Shown: positions 31,340-43,224, counted from the first letter of the stretch. The stretch is DNA of 64,000 nucleotides from a bacterium (GCA_965261595.1 CBDHDG010000001.1:159085-223084), one strand, 5' to 3'. Notes: generated by a model not told the origin, from the letters alone. Numbers and translations: made by a program.

Positions 31340-34300
31340 ATGCAGCCCGTGAGCGTCCGTCGGTGGCGGTTTTATTTTCTCGCGGTTTTCTGCTCCATCC
31401 TCCCGACGGCCTGCGGCCCGAATCTCCCCGATCAGACTCCGATTGCAAATTCTCGCGGCCCTTTGGTTCTGCCGGCAGGCCCCCGTTGCGTCGCCATCCT
31501 CGACTTTTGGACCGCCTCCAAAGATCCTGAAACAACCTGGCTCGCTTATGCCGTCCCCGCCACCCCGCGCGCAAAGTTGGGGGCCATCGGGGCGGTTTCC
31601 CCGGTGGATCGCGATTGGCTCCAAGAAACCATCCGGGAGCATCGGCGCCGGCCCATCGACTTGGTGGACCCCAGAAAGGCGATCATTCTCGGAAGGTTGG
31701 TCGGGGCCAGACGTTCAACCTTCAGTTCGTCGATGTCTCGACGGCGATTGCTGTCCACACTTTCCGTGTGCAAGTCGAGGTTTCATCGGAACACGCCCTA
31801 TTCGCCGGCCTTAACAGGATGGTGAACGCCTCCGTGGAGGCCTTGGGAAGAAAGGTGGAGGTGAAAAAGGTAGGGACCGCCGTTGTGAAGGTGGCGCGCT
31901 TCCCCATTACACCAAAAGAGAGAAAGCTACTCGACGCGCCCCCGGCACGCACACTTGAGACCTACATCCTCCGTGGAAAGGCGCTCCAAGCCCGTCAGAG
32001 GGGGGACCGGGATAAGGCCGCCGTCTTCCTTGAGCAAGCGACGAAAAAAGACGCCACAGACGCCGCCGCGTTCGCCGAATTGGGCCTCACACGGATGGAA
32101 CTCGCGGATTCGGAGGGCGCCATGGATGCGCTGACACGCGCCCTTGGGCTGCTTCGCGAAAGAGGAGACGAGGCCGCCGCGGCCAGAACCCTCAGCCACA
32201 TGGCCCGTGTAAACGAAAATATAAATGACTCTAAAGAAGCCACCAGGCTTTTTACAGGGAGGCCTTTGACCTCTTTTGGCGTCTCCGGAACCATGCGGCA
32301 GCGGCGGCACGGATCCTGAACCGGTTGGCCCTTCTCCAAGAGGCAAAGAGAAAACGCCCCCAAGCCCGGAAGCTCCACCAACGGGCACTGACCATCCAGC
32401 GGGCGGTCGGCGACGCGGAAGGCACGGCGCGTACCCTGAGCCTGATGGCCTTTTCCGAGGAGCGACGCGGGCGGCACGGGGACTCCTTGAATCTTTTCCG
32501 ACAGGCCTATCAGACCGAGCGCCGCCTGGGCAATGAGGTGGCCGCGGCCCGCTTGCTCCGTCACATGGCTCGCGGCCATCATCGTCAAAAGAACTTCGGT
32601 GAAGCCCTGAAGCTTTATCAGAGGGCGCTGAACCTCTCACGCCGTCTGGGCGACGAAGGGGCCGCCGCAGGGATCTTGGACCACATGGCCTTCATTCATC
32701 ATCGGGCGAGACGCTATGACAAGGCGGCAAGTGATTACCGCGAGTCACTCGCCATTCGGCGTCGCCTTGGAGACGAGGCGGGTGCGGCAATCAACCTCAT
32801 GGGGATTGCTCTCCTGCACCGGATCCAGGGCCGGGACGATGAGGCCCTGAAGCTTTACCGCGAGTCTCTCACAATCTGGCGCCGCCTCGGAAACGTAGCG
32901 GGCGTGGGGTTGGGCCTGACGGGCATGGCCCTCATCCGCCAGGGCTGGGGCCAATCCAACGAGGCTCTGAGGCTCCCGCGGGAGTCCGCCGCCATCGAAA
33001 GTCGCCTCGGCGCCGCAGTGGCCGCGGAGCGGCGCCGGGTGGTCTCGGCTTTTTTCCAGCAAGTCCGAGGCTCGCAGAATGAGGCGATCGAGGGTTACCG
33101 GAAATCGCTGGACGCCTTGTCGTTCTTGGGTGATGAGGCGGGCCTTGTGGCGGCCAAGATGGGCATGGCCCTCATCCACGATCGGGAGGGCCGCTACGTT
33201 GAGGCCATGGAACGCTACGAGGAAACGCTCGCCGCGCAGCGGCGCCTCCGGAATGAACCGGGCGTCGCGGCAATCCTGACCAATATGGCCGGCATCCGCT
33301 GGAGCCAAGGCCGCGACCGGGAGGCTTTGAAGCTATATCGGGATTCGCTGGCGAGCCAGCGGCGCCTCGGTGATCAGGCCGGGGTGGCGGCTACACTGAA
33401 TCGCATGGCTCAAATCCGTGAGTTCCAAGGCCGCTTCGATGAGGCCCTGAGACTTTCCCGGGAAGCCCTCGCCCTCGAGGATCGTTTTGGAGACGATCAG
33501 AGCACAATGTACACCCTAAACCGGATTGCCGATATTCTTTATCGCAAGGGGCGGTACGAGGAGGCATTGAAGCTTCAATCGGATTCGCTGAACCGCTCTC
33601 GCCGACTGGGCGACGAGAAGAGAGAAGCGGCGGACCTGAACAAGATCGCCCGGATCCACGAGGCGCAGGGCCGCCTGGACGAGGCGATTCCGCTCCGCTG
33701 GGAAGCCCTCGACATCCATATCGGCATTGGAAACGTTGAAGGGATTGGGACCACGAATCTGGGCTTGGGCCGCGCGTATCAAAAGCGGGGCTGGTGGAGC
33801 GAGGCGATGGAGAGTTACCAGGAATCCTTACCCATCTCTCGTCGCCTGGGCAACGAAGAAGACGTGACCGCCATCCTCATGGGCATCGCCGGCATCCACG
33901 GAAAAAGGGGACAATTGTCCAAGGCGCTGGATCTCTATCGGGAGGCCGTCACCCTCCAACGCCGCCTCGGCAACGAGCCCGGCACGGCGAAAGGTCTCAT
34001 GCGCATCGTCGAAATCTTGGAAACGCGGAACCGACATAAGGAGGCGATGAATTTTCACCGGGAGGCCCTCGACATCCATCGCCGACTCCGTGACGAGGAG
34101 GGGATAGCACGGAGTCTCCTCGGCATCGCCATCGGCTACCAGAGCGGGGGTGGGCACGAGGAAGCGATGGAGCTCTACCCCGCCTTGCTCACGACTTTCC
34201 GTCGATTCGGTGACCCAGCGCGCACCGCGCGGAGCCTCATGGGGCTGGCCCTTGCGTACGAGGCGCGGGGACGCTACAAGGAGGCCATCCGACGGTATCG

Positions 34301-34619
34301 GGAGTCGCTCACTCTCATGCGCCGTGTCGGCAACCGGAAAGATGAGGCGGCGATTTTGAATCATCTGGCTTTCATCCACGAGGCAGCCGCACGCCCGGCC
34401 CAAGCCATGCGATTTTGGTGTGAGGGGCTTTCCGTCAGCCGGAAGCGTAAGGACATGAAAGGTTCAGAAAATTTTTGCCTCATGATCCGGTGGGTCCGGA
34501 AAACGCGCCCCGACCTGAGCTGTGCGGGTGACGAAGCGGAAGGGTCCGAGGGCTCAGCGGTCTCCTCTTGCTCGAAAGTTTCACCCGCTCAGGCGCCCCT
34601 TGTTCTCCAGCCTTTTTAA
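31340..34619 (+). CDS. Lipoprotein with CsgG/TolB-N-like domain and long 40-aa TPR array (frameshifts ~31710 and ~32250)
   Basis: Lipobox-like PTAC, VAILDF...VDRDWL...AIILGRLVGA, then ~20 repeats like ALKLYRESLxxxRRLGDExGxAxxLxxMA. Confidence 0.75.
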
Positions 34620-34758
34620 ACTGTTAAACCCCTTGCGGGATGAGGTGAGGCGCAGGAGGATTGCCGGATGAAAGTAGACGACCGGGAACTTGGAATTCCC
34701 ATCCATCTCCCTCCTGTCCGCGTCCGGAGAAAACCAGTTTGTTGTGAAACAAATTAAC

Positions 34759-35308
34759 CCCGGATTTCCCGGATAGATCGGAAGTATTCAGCAAGGTTGT
34801 TCCCGTTTCTGTTGCAAATTCAATCCGTCAGCCTCCCCGTGCCAACTTCTGATGAGGGAACCCAATGGGCGAAGAGAAAAAGAGGCTATGGGGGTTCAAT
34901 TTCGACCCTCGCCTCAGGCTGGAGTTTCACGGAGCCAAGGGGGTCACCCATGGCCGGTATGTCACCGTCCTGATGGCCGAGGTCGCCGTGTCGCGTCAAC
35001 TGTTCCAGGCTATTCTTGAGCGAATCCGATGGTTGTGGTTACCGCCTCCGGCGCCAAACACAAGATGACGAAGCGGACTGCCCGGAAGCTTGGTGACGTG
35101 GTGGAGACGTGGGATCAGTCTGTACCGAACTCCCACGGGTGTGCCGGTTGAGTTGGGTTTTTAAGGGATTGCGGCTTTAAGACGGCCATAGCCCCTCGAA
35201 TCTACAGAGGGTTCTGCAAAGAGACTCTGAATCTGTGGTAGATTGATCCCTCGTGATGTCCCACGAAGGCAGCAGGATGGCTAAAAGTGGTCAGCTGGGA
35301 AATCCCGG
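34759..35308 (+). mobile_element. Internally deleted IS1380-family element
   Basis: TIRs cccggatttcccgg / ctgggaaatcccgg; ORF 34865-35068 fuses transposase N-terminus (FDPRLRLEFHGAK) to C-terminus (HGRYVTVLMAEVAVSRQLF). Confidence 0.8.
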
Positions 35309-35421
35309 CTAAGAATGGATGAAGTTGGTTGGAATATTCCTGTACCGTGAAAATAGTTCGACAGGCGCCGATTTTAAACTCTTCCACGAGATATTCCCGA
35401 TCATTGTGGTCCTAGCCAGCA

Positions 35422-37602
35422 ATGAATGGCTCAACAGGACACAGCACGCAAAGAGACCATCGGTTCCTCTGGACGGCACTGGGGCTTGGCCTCCTGATGG
35501 GGATTGGTGTCTTTCTTCGCCCGCCTCTTTTGATTCCACCCAACTTCGAATCCTACGACGCCCTCGGTTGGAACCTGGCCCGCGGGGAGGGATTCACGCT
35601 CGCCGACGACGGGATTCTCAGCCCCTACTTCTTCCGGACTCCAGGCTACCCGTTGTTTCTGGCGGCCGTTTACGCGCTGTTCGGCCATGCGCCGAAGGCG
35701 GTCTACGCGACCCACATCGTCCTTCTCCTCCTGACGGTGGTCCTCATCTTCTTTCTGACCCGCCGGTGCTTCAATGAACGGGTGGCCTCGCTGGCCGCCC
35801 CGCTGGCCGCGGTCTTTCCCCTGACAACGATGTACATCCCAACCGTTTTGCCGGAAGTCCTCTCGACCTTCTTGGTGGCGTTGTCGCTTTGGGTTTTTAA
35901 ACGGGCGCTGGATAAGAACAGCCCGTGGCTGGCCTTTCTGACGGGGGCCGTCATGGCGTACTCGGCGCTCGTCCGGCCGGTGTTAGCCTTGCTCTCACTC
36001 CTCTGCTTCGCCGGTGCATGGTGGGTGAACCGGCGCCGCCAGGGCCTTCTTCGGCCCTTCGTCGTCCTCCACCTGGGATTCTTGTTGGTGTGGTTTCCAT
36101 GGGTGGCCCGAAACTATTGGCTGGGCGAGTCATTCATCCCGCTCAGCACCGAGGCGCCTTATCAGTTCTGGCTCGGGACGCTGAGCGTGGGAAAGTACGC
36201 CACCCACCACTGGAAAAATCCTGATTACTATTTTCAACTTCTCGTCTTGGAGAACCGGCTGCCGTATTTCCACGACGACCCGAAGCGCCCCTCGATCATC
36301 GAACTGAGAGCCAGAAATCCCGAGCGGATCACCCCCATTCGGCTTCATTACCGGACAGGGCAGTCTGGCCGCTTCACAACGGTGGACATGTCCCCGGCCG
36401 GAGCTGGCAAATTTCAAGCAACGCTTCCACCTCAGCCTATTGGAACGCGCGTGAGCTATTTCGTGACGTCCAAGCCCCCCTTGTCGGGAAGAGCGAGATT
36501 GAGATACCCCCCAAAATCGGATTTGTTCCCGGAGCGGCACTTCTTCTTCGAAACCCTACCCGATGTCGTACACGAAATCGGCGAAACGGACACTTTCGAC
36601 ATCTACGAAGTGGCCGTCCTTGCCCGGTACATCGCTCATACTTAACTTAACGTCCTGAAATCAGTGGCCCGTCCGAATTCTGTAGATGGGGCGCCCTCGG
36701 CGCTCGTCTCCTGCATACTTCGTGACCGCCATTGCCCAAACTGGTACGATAATCTCCTGAAACCAGGAGCCCGTCTGAATTCTGGCGGAAGCCGATCTCT
36801 TTCCGTCATTGACCTCGAACCCTTGGTCCAAGACCTCTTCTTTGCCAGCTCTGACCTCGAATTCACAATCCAAAAAATGTTGAATTCGGACGCTATTACG
36901 GCAAGAGACATAGAGGCCTCCGGCGCGCAAACGCTCCGACTCTCCTTGAACAACGAGACCGATCTCTTGCTTCCCTTGCATAAAAAGGCCCCTGCGCTGC
37001 GATGGTTGATTGAAAGAGGGGGCCTCGACGACGAGCGCAGGTTCGCCGCAACCGTATTTTCCCGTGGTCCGGGCATCCCTGGAGCAAACTGGACTAAGTT
37101 GCCGAGATGCGGTGTTGGATTAGGCGATTTTTCTTCCCTACCAGAATCATCTCCCTGCGTCCAGCGTATCGGGTTCCCCTCGATTCATCAGGAACTCCGC
37201 AGAAACAGGGCCTACATGATGCTGGCGTGGATCAACCTCAAAAGGAACTTTTGGAAGAATGTGCAGGCGATGATCTTCCGAATTCCCCGCTTGTGGCTGG
37301 TTGTAGGCACTACCAGTGAGGAGCAGACCTATCAGGTCCGTGGGAGCGCGGTCTTGTACCCCCTTCTGACGCTGGGAACAGCGGCCATCCTCCTCTTGGG
37401 GGTCTTGGGGTTTGTTGTTTCGCGGAAGGGGTGGCGGGAGCATTGGATCTTGGCGATCCCCATCGTGTATCTCTCCATGGTGCACGCACCTTTCCACGCC
37501 GAAGGCCGATACATCGTCCCGGGCAGGCCCTTCTACCTGATCTATACGGCAGTCGCCCTGATCTACTTGTGGCCGAAGGTTCAAGGCCTCTTCCGCCGGT
37601 GA
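35422..37602 (+). pseudogene. ArnT/PMT-like GT-C glycosyltransferase interrupted by an in-frame TAA at 36643
   Basis: YDALGWNLARGEGF, FRTPGYPLFLA, multiple TM helices, EGRYIVP; both ORF parts share one frame; final TGA supplied by IS3 end. Confidence 0.75.
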
Positions 37603-38870
37603 CCTGCCCCCCTGAAACCGGTCCGGTTTGAGAGTTAGGATTTTCGCACGGCTTTCGGGACTGGATTGGCCTAGAAAGGGGGCAATGATGAGTCGGAAGC
37701 GATTCACCGCGGAGCAGATCATCCACAAGCTTCGTCAGGCCGAGGTGGAGTTGGCCAATGGGCAGAGGATGGCTCAGGTCTGCAAGACGCTGGGGATCTC
37801 CGAGCAGACCTATTACCGGTGGCGGCGGGAGTACGGAGGCCTGCGCCTGGACCAGGCGAAACGACTGAAGACACTGGAGCAGGAAAACGCCCGGCTAAAG
37901 AAGCTGGTGGCCGAGCAGGCCCTGGATAACGCCATCTTGAAGGAGGCCTCCCAGGGAAACTTCTGAGCCCGCCTGCGCGGCGGCGGGCGATGGAGCATGT
38001 GCGGGAGAAGCTGAGCGTGTCCGAACGTCGCGCCTGCCGGGTGCTGGGTCAGGCCCGCTCGACTCAGCGGCGCTCTGCCCAGGTCCCTGACGATGAGGCC
38101 CGTTTGGTGGCGCGGGTGACAGAGCTGGCGAGCGAGTACGGACGGTACGGCTACCGGAGGATAACGGCTCTATTGGAAAGAGAAGGCTGGCGAGTGAATC
38201 ACAAGGGGGTGGAGCGGATCTGGCGCCAGGAAGGCCTGAAGGCGCCGAAGAGACAGCCCAAGCGAGGGCGTTTATGGCTGAACGACGGCTCTTGTGTTCG
38301 CAAACGTCCGTCTTATCGGAATCATGTGTGGTCCTACGACTTCCTGGCCGCGAGGACGCACGATGGGCGGCCTTTACGGATGCTGGCTGTGATGGATGAG
38401 TTGACCCGGGAGCGCTTGGCCCTTGATGTAGAGAGAAGACTCAACTCCGAGGACGTCCTGGACCGCCTCACCGAGTTGTTCGTCCGGCGTGGCCTGCCGG
38501 CTTATATCCGCTCGGACAACGGGGCGGAGTTCACGGCGAATGCGGTGAGAGGGTGGCTCACCCGTCTTGGGGTGAGAACGCTTTACATCGAGCGGGGCAG
38601 TCCCTGGGAGAACGGCTATGTGGAGTCCTTCATCGGCAAGCTGCGCGATGAGCTGCTCAACGGGGAGATCTTCTACACCCTGACAGAGGCCAAGGTGTTG
38701 GTGGAGAGATGGCGACAACTCTACAACCGGGTAAGGCCCCATAGTGCCTTGGGCTACCGGCCCCCGGCGCCGGAGGCCATCGAACCAATGCCTCCGGGCA
38801 TCCCTACACTTTCGGATATCGGGGAGAAGAGACTAACTCAAAAAGTGGTACAACTTTAGGGGGCGGGTCA
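37600..38870 (+). mobile_element. IS3-family insertion sequence (IS407-like)
   Basis: TIRs tgacctgccccc / gggggcgggtca; orfA 37685-37966, orfB to 38859 with WSYDF, SDNG, PWENGYVESF; GGGAAAC -1 slippery site. Confidence 0.93.
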
Positions 38871-38959
38871 GCGGAAGCGCGAAGACACCGGCCCTCAGAA
38901 GGAACCGCCCGCCTCTTCGTCGAGGCCGGTGGAGAAAACCCTTTTTTCGGGTTAAAGCG

Positions 38960-40474
38960 ATGTCAATCCCGAGGACTTTCCGAGGAGCTGCTGTGAGCCT
39001 CATGCGGAAGTGGGCTTTCCTGACCGCCACCCTGGCCTTGGGTGTCCTCCCCCTTTCTTGCGCCTGGCCGCCGCGGAGCCAGGAAGAGAAACCAGAGGTT
39101 CCGCCGGCGCCTGGAATTTCCCTCGACCTCCTCGTGACCCCCGCTTCAGAAGAAACTTCCTCGGCCGAGGCAAGGATTTCCGTATCACTCGCCGAGATGC
39201 GGGGAGCGGAGTTTTTCTTTCAAGAGTTGAAGAGCGCCGGACTCATGAAGGGAGTCCGCTTCGATTTCAAGACTTCAACGATTCAGCCCCCCGGACCCAG
39301 TCGGGAACCGCCCATCGGCTCGACGCCTGACGAGGAACTTGCTCCTTCCCCACCGGTCGGGGGATCGAAATCCAAACCGCCCGGCGAGGTCAACGCTGCC
39401 TTGGGTCCGACCGACTCTCGGAAAAAACCCGAACCGCCAACGATTGCGGGACAATATGTGAGCGCAAATCCCGTCGATCTGACCGCGTCGGCCTTACAAA
39501 CGGACAACTTGCCCACTGTCTCCTGCGGCCCGGGAATCCCGGGGAAAGAGATGATCTCCCTTGTGCGCCTCGTCGACGGCGCGGCACGAAAGAGCCTTTC
39601 GCTCTTTCGCGAGGAAGGCGTACGCGAAATCATGCTGGTTTCTGATCAATCCGCCTACGGACGCAGAGGACGGGGCGTTATTCGTCGAATCGCGGAAGAA
39701 CTTGGGATTCGTGTTCGGCAAGCACGTTACCCGTCCGGCGAAGAGAATGACCCTGTGGAACTCTTCCAGAAAGGCGGTGGTTCCCGCCCTATTCTGGCCT
39801 GGCTCGACCGTGACGGCGTGGAAGACCTCTTGCGGGCGGCTCGGAGGTCCGGTCACACGGGGCCGATCCTCCTGGGGCCGGCTGCCGTGCATCCCGAGCT
39901 GGCGTCGCCTCCACCACGTCGCTGGACCCCCAAGCAAATCGCCCCCCCGCGCAATCAACCAGGGGAAAACATCCTGGCCATCGCACACAAGATGGCAGTC
40001 GCCGAGCACCTCGGCCCCAATGACCCGCTCAGGACAAATCTTGTGAGATTTCGCGACGCTTACTTCTTGTCCTATGAAAAGCGGCCTTTACTCATTTCCG
40101 CCTGCACCTACGACGCGCTGCTCTTCCTGATGGATCTCATCGTCCGCTTCGCCGATCCAAAGTCTCTCTCCACCCTCGGGGCGCGTGTCTTATCCGAGAT
40201 GCGAAACCGAAACCGCTTTTCGGGGATACTCGGCGCTTACCAGATAGCCGGCAGGCCCAATGCCCTCTATCGAGAAGCCGCCCTCGGGGAAGATTCTTTC
40301 ATCCTGGTCCGGGCGCAAAATGGGCGATGGATGCCCGCCAAGGGTCCGGGAAAGCGACTGAGGGAGTTCAAGGACCTGGCTTTCTCCCCCACACGCGCCC
40401 TCCCCCCCCGGCTTCAGAACCGCGCCGCGCCCTCCAGACGCAAAGCGACCGTCCCCTTGGTGATCCGGCGCTGA
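38960..40474 (+). CDS. Periplasmic binding protein type 1 (branched-chain amino acid SBP-like) lipoprotein, divergent
   Basis: Lipobox-like LPLSC, DQSAYGRRG, TYDALLFL, FSGILGAY, VRAQNGRW. Confidence 0.6.
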   Translation: MSIPRTFRGAAVSLMRKWAFLTATLALGVLPLSCAWPPRSQEEKPEVPPAPGISLDLLVTPASEETSSAEARISVSLAEMRGAEFFFQELKSAGLMKGVRFDFKTSTIQPPGPSREPPIGSTPDEELAPSPPVGGSKSKPPGEVNAALGPTDSRKKPEPPTIAGQYVSANPVDLTASALQTDNLPTVSCGPGIPGKEMISLVRLVDGAARKSLSLFREEGVREIMLVSDQSAYGRRGRGVIRRIAEELGIRVRQARYPSGEENDPVELFQKGGGSRPILAWLDRDGVEDLLRAARRSGHTGPILLGPAAVHPELASPPPRRWTPKQIAPPRNQPGENILAIAHKMAVAEHLGPNDPLRTNLVRFRDAYFLSYEKRPLLISACTYDALLFLMDLIVRFADPKSLSTLGARVLSEMRNRNRFSGILGAYQIAGRPNALYREAALGEDSFILVRAQNGRWMPAKGPGKRLREFKDLAFSPTRALPPRLQNRAAPSRRKATVPLVIRR

Positions 40475-40590
40475 CTGATCGGCCCGGGCTTTCGGGAGAG
40501 GGTTTCAGTATTCAAGGCCGGCCCTCAAAGTCTCTCGCCGACCCCGCTGATTTTCGTAAGATTCCAATGCATCCCGGCGGGGGGGATCGC

Positions 40591-41713
40591 TCAGTGGACG
40601 GATTCGTCTTCGTCCCCACTATTCGGCTTCCCCCCCATCATTCGAATAAAATTGGCGAGAACGCGCAGATCGAATTGACCAGGGTCTTCCTTCACCATCC
40701 GGTTGAGCGCCTCAAAGGCAGTCAGGGGCGCCTCTTTGCGATAGATCTGGCGGGGTCGTCATGGTGTCGAACACCTCGCAAACGGTGCAGACGCGGGCGA
40801 GAAGGGGTATCCGATTTTCCGCTAACCCTCGCGGGTAGCCCGTGCCGTCCACCCGCTCGTGATGGTTCATAACGATTTCAACCGCCGGCGGATAGTCGCA
40901 ATCGGACTCCATCAAGACCTTATGTCCGTGCAAAGGAATTTGCCGGATGATTTTCCGCTCGATGGAGGTGAGACGGGACTTCTTATTCAACAAATCATCG
41001 GAGACGAGAAGCTCTCCGATGTCGTGGCTGAGAAATCCAAACGCAATCTCCTTGAGCTCGCCCTCCGAATACATCGGAACATAATTTTGGACATAGCTCA
41101 GGCCGAACAAGCAAACGTTGAGAGAATGGGCGTACGTCTCGGGGCTCTTCTGGGCCAGCTGGAGCAGTGAAAACGCGGCCTTCCAATCCTGCTGGACCAA
41201 GCCGAGGGCTTGTTCCGCGACGGGGAGAACCAGCGTCGCGTTTTGGCCCCCCTCCTCGGAAATTCGTTCGAACACTTCGGCCAGGCGTTCCGTTGCATAA
41301 GAGAAAAACAGCGGGACCTTCTCTTCGACGTCCATTTCGCAATCGGCGAGAATGTTGTCGAGCGCCCGCTCGGCCTCGGCGGCGTAGGCGGCGTAGTACT
41401 TCGACTGGATGTAAACTATCCCGCGAGAATGCTTTTGAATCTGCCTCCGCTTCGATTCGCTGAGCTGATCCCCCTTGGAAACAAGCAAGGAAAACGCACC
41501 CGTCGACTCCGATTTCATGTAAATCGGAAACGGAATGCTTTCAAACATCTCGACCACTTTCAGTTGAACGGGCCGAAGCTTGTTGGGCTCGGGAACCGGC
41601 TCGGGAACCGGCTCGGGTTCAACCTTCGCCGGCGGGGCTTCCAACGCAACTTGCCCGGAGCCTGCCTCCTCCTCCGCTAACGCTTCGACGCTATCCATGG
41701 ATGCCTCGACCAT
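40591..41713 (-). CDS. HD-GYP domain protein (frameshift ~40752)
   Basis: TYAHSLNV, HDIG, HHERVDGTGYPRGL; C-terminus IYRKEAPLTAFEAL...GQFD continues in another frame to a stop at 40591. Confidence 0.85.
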
Positions 41714-42041
41714 TTTTTGTCCCGTTCCAAGATGGGCATAAATCCGCCTCTGTCCATGTTGCTCTCTTGTTCTATCGGCCCCCGGTTGCGCGAACTTGAG
41801 TCTCCGAAAGGCGCCCCGGTGACGGCGTTCGATCCCATTCGGCGGGTCAAGCGCCCGCTCATGGCGGAGGCCCGCCTACAGGCTCGGCAGCGGACCGCCG
41901 ATTTCCCGCGCAAGGTTGTTTGGCTGACTCCAGCGGGTTCAAGACGTTTTGCGCGGGATCTCATCCCGGCCTGACCGGCTCCAGCGGCCCGGCCATGGAT
42001 TTTCTCACCCGATTTCCAACGCGGAGAGAGGGAGAATTCCA

Positions 42042-42428
42042 TCAGTCTCCCAAAACGGCGACAGCCTCGATCTCGACCAGCAGCTCGGGAAGCGCCAGCG
42101 GCGCCAGGATCGTCGACCGCGCGGGCGGGTCCTTCGGGAAAAACTTGGCATAGGCCTCGTTCATCGAGGCGTAGTGGCGCAGGTCCGGCAGAAAGACTGT
42201 CGTCTTGACGATGTCTTCCACCGACGCTCCGCCCGCCGCCAGAACGGCGACGAGGTTCTTCAAGGTCTCGACGGTCTGGGTTTCCACGTCGCCCACACCG
42301 ATGACGTTCCCTTCCGGGTCCAAAGAGGTCTGTCCCGAAGAGAAAAGCAACCCGCCGCCCCTCCCTCCCGAAGAGTAAGGTCCGACGGCCTTGGATCCGC
42401 TTTCCAGCCGGATCGTCGTTCTGCCCAC
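42042..42428 (-). CDS. RidA/YjgF family protein, copy 3
   Basis: GPYS, SGQT, VKTTVFL, MNEAY, PARST, VEIEAVA. Confidence 0.92.
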   Translation of the reverse strand: MGRTTIRLESGSKAVGPYSSGGRGGGLLFSSGQTSLDPEGNVIGVGDVETQTVETLKNLVAVLAAGGASVEDIVKTTVFLPDLRHYASMNEAYAKFFPKDPPARSTILAPLALPELLVEIEAVAVLGD

Positions 42429-42441
42429 TGGGGTTCCTCCC

Positions 42442-42825
42442 TCACTCTCCAATCATTGCGATCACGTCGATCTCGATCAACAGGTCCACCGCCGGCGGAA
42501 CCATCAGGATGGTGGAGCGGGCCGGGCGGCCCCCGGTGAACTTGCGGGCATAGACTTCGTTCATCCCTTTGAAATGCCTCATGTCCGACAGGAAAACCGT
42601 GGTCTTGACCACATCGTCCAGCGTTCCGCCCGCGTCGGAGAGGACCGCTTCGATGGCTTGGATGGTCGCTTCCGTCTGGGCCGCGATGTCGCCCGGAGCA
42701 ATCACGTTTCCGCTCGAATCCAGCGCCGCCTTTCCCGAAAGGAAGAAAAGCCCGCCGCCCCCGGCCCCCGGAGAGTACGGACCGATGGCGACCGAGTCCC
42801 CGGAGGAAATCACTGTTCTTGGCAT
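42442..42825 (-). CDS. RidA/YjgF family protein, copy 2
   Basis: GPYSP, VVKTTVFLSD, MNEVY, PARST, IEIDVIA. Confidence 0.92.
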   Translation of the reverse strand: MPRTVISSGDSVAIGPYSPGAGGGGLFFLSGKAALDSSGNVIAPGDIAAQTEATIQAIEAVLSDAGGTLDDVVKTTVFLSDMRHFKGMNEVYARKFTGGRPARSTILMVPPAVDLLIEIDVIAMIGE

Positions 42826-42834
42826 GGTTCCCTC

Positions 42835-43224
42835 CTAATCGCCGATGTACGCGACGGCCTCGATCTCAACAAGCATCTCGGGGCGCGCGAGAGGGGCCTG
42901 GACGGTGGAGCGGCCGGGCTTATCGTCTCCGTCGAAGAATTTCGCGTATTCCGCGTTCATGTCCTGGAAATACCGGATATCGGAAAGAAAAACCACGCAC
43001 TTGAGCACGTCGTCCTTCGTGGCGCCCCCCTCGGTCAACACGGTCTCGATGTTCTTCAGGCACTGTTCGGTCTGGGCGGCTACGTCCCCGATCCCCACCA
43101 GGTTTCCATTGGAATCATTGGCCACCTGGCCGGAGGTGAAGATGAAACCGCCCTTCTTGATCCCGGGCGAGTACGGCGCCGCCGGGACAGGCATGTTCTT
43201 CGGCTGTATCACTTCTTTTGGCAT
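42835..43224 (-). CDS. RidA/YjgF family protein, copy 1
   Basis: APYSPG, SGQVA, MNAEY, PGRSTV, VEIEAVA. Confidence 0.92.
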   Translation of the reverse strand: MPKEVIQPKNMPVPAAPYSPGIKKGGFIFTSGQVANDSNGNLVGIGDVAAQTEQCLKNIETVLTEGGATKDDVLKCVVFLSDIRYFQDMNAEYAKFFDGDDKPGRSTVQAPLARPEMLVEIEAVAYIGD

